This document shows, one piece after another, positions 62,935-64,000 of a stretch of 64,000 nucleotides of DNA. The notes under the pieces are model-generated. The model searched no databases. It saw nothing but the letters and a program-made list of their open reading frames with translations, and was not told where the DNA came from. Position 1 is the stretch's first letter. The number at the start of each line of letters is the position of its first letter. Made by a program: the position numbers and the translations under genes. This stretch comes from Octopus vulgaris. Taxonomy: Eukaryota. The DNA is taken from NCBI GenBank assembly GCA_951406725.2, contig OX597818.1, positions 34,720,001 through 34,784,000 of the forward strand. Reading direction: 5' to 3'.

Positions 62935-63472
62935 CATGCAAATAGTGAGCAATGTTCCACAAGGCACTGTTTTGGGACCATTACTGTTCATAATGGCTCT
63001 CTCAGATATGCCCTCGTCCACACAGAGAGCCACAATCACAAGTTATGAAGATGATACAAAAACCTCACAGGTGATACAGAACCCTGAAGATACTATGCAC
63101 TTGTAATGTGAGCTGGATGAAATATACAAGTGGGCTGAAAATAATAGCATGTAGTTTAATGCTGAAAAGTTTCAAGCCTTGTGCTATCAGCATGCAAAAT
63201 TAAATACAATACCAATTAAATATACTGGACCTGGGGAGATTGCAGTCCTGGTGATACAGTTGGTGCAAGACCTGGGAATTTACATGAGTAATGATGCATC
63301 CTTCCATGTGCATGTTGCTAAGTTGGCAGTGAAATTCAGACAGCTGACTGGATGGATAATTAGAACTTTTAGAACAAGAGATCAGGAAACCATGATGGTC
63401 CTCTGGAGGACACTTATCCTAAGCCACTTTGACTATTGCTCTCAACTATGGTCACTAACCAGTGTCAAATGA
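62935..63472 (+). mobile_element. CR1/Jockey-group LINE reverse transcriptase fragment (pseudogenised)
   Basis: VPQGTVLGPLLF, SYEDDTK (YADD), KWAENNSM*FNAEKF, DLGIYMS, WIIRTF, HFDYCSQLWS; in-frame stops. Confidence 0.9.
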
Positions 63473-64000
63473 ATGGCAGTCCAGGAAAATTGGACGAATG
63501 CTGCCGTTGATTAGCTCCAAGAGGCCATCATCTCTAGCTAGCTATGTGACACACAAACCAGTCTCCATTACAACCTTCGAACAGGGGAGGTCAGCAGCTT
63601 CCCCTTGCTGGTTTAACATCCACAGACTAGTTTCTGGGTGATTGCTCCTTATCAATGTGGAGTAGCTGAACCCAGCAGGCATCACTGCTGACTGTCTGTT
63701 TGAAGGTTTATTTACACATATTCAGCGGAACACATCCACTGGTTTTAAAAAATTACAAACACATGGAACCCAACAAGTCACTAAAATGTAAGCCTAAAGA
63801 CTTAACAAACTCTTTTCCCTTTTACTTTTTCTTTGCCTTTCTGTTCCCTCTAAAATCATTCTGCAGATGTTTGTTAAATGTAACGAGGTAAATGTAAATT
63901 TACTCCAATTTGATAAACAGAAACAGCTGTAAATGATTCCAAACTACAATTAAATAATGACTTTTTAACACCAATGGTCCACTTCTCATTGTTAATTATT

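Overview
AT-rich, repeat-dense eukaryotic DNA. The repeat complement (abundant tRNA-derived SINEs with internal TA/TG microsatellites, RTE-type LINE tails, mariners) looks like an octopus/coleoid cephalopod genome; that assignment is inferred, not tested. The window appears to be almost entirely intronic sequence of one large + strand gene of the GRAMD1/Aster sterol-transfer family. Two coding exons are well supported: 31702-32152 (ending ...KKRKSSSWYS) and 60387-60471 (VLSPTYKSRSEDYKKIFKEIPNDERLIV, start of the GRAM domain). They join in frame across a 28.2-kb intron. The introns hold three decayed Tc1/mariner lineages (including a DD37D maT), piggyBac-, hAT-, pogo- and Merlin-like MITEs, a Helitron-like element, RTE and CR1/Jockey-group LINE remnants and many SINEs. 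The most notable observations are: (1) a 357-bp head-to-head palindrome of a tRNA-headed element whose tail carries a Penelope-type minimal hammerhead-ribozyme motif, with the same architecture in an unrelated TA-embedded element at 35264; (2) a composite Merlin-like MITE that has copied two pieces of nearby unique DNA; (3) near-identical inverted RTE tails bracketing both exons, a possible circRNA/ADAR substrate; (4) a CpG-retaining domain at about 46-53.6 kb that may be an internal promoter. Nearly all ORFs in the supplied track are spurious or repeat-derived. Repeat boundaries were read by eye and are approximate unless TIR/TSD-defined.
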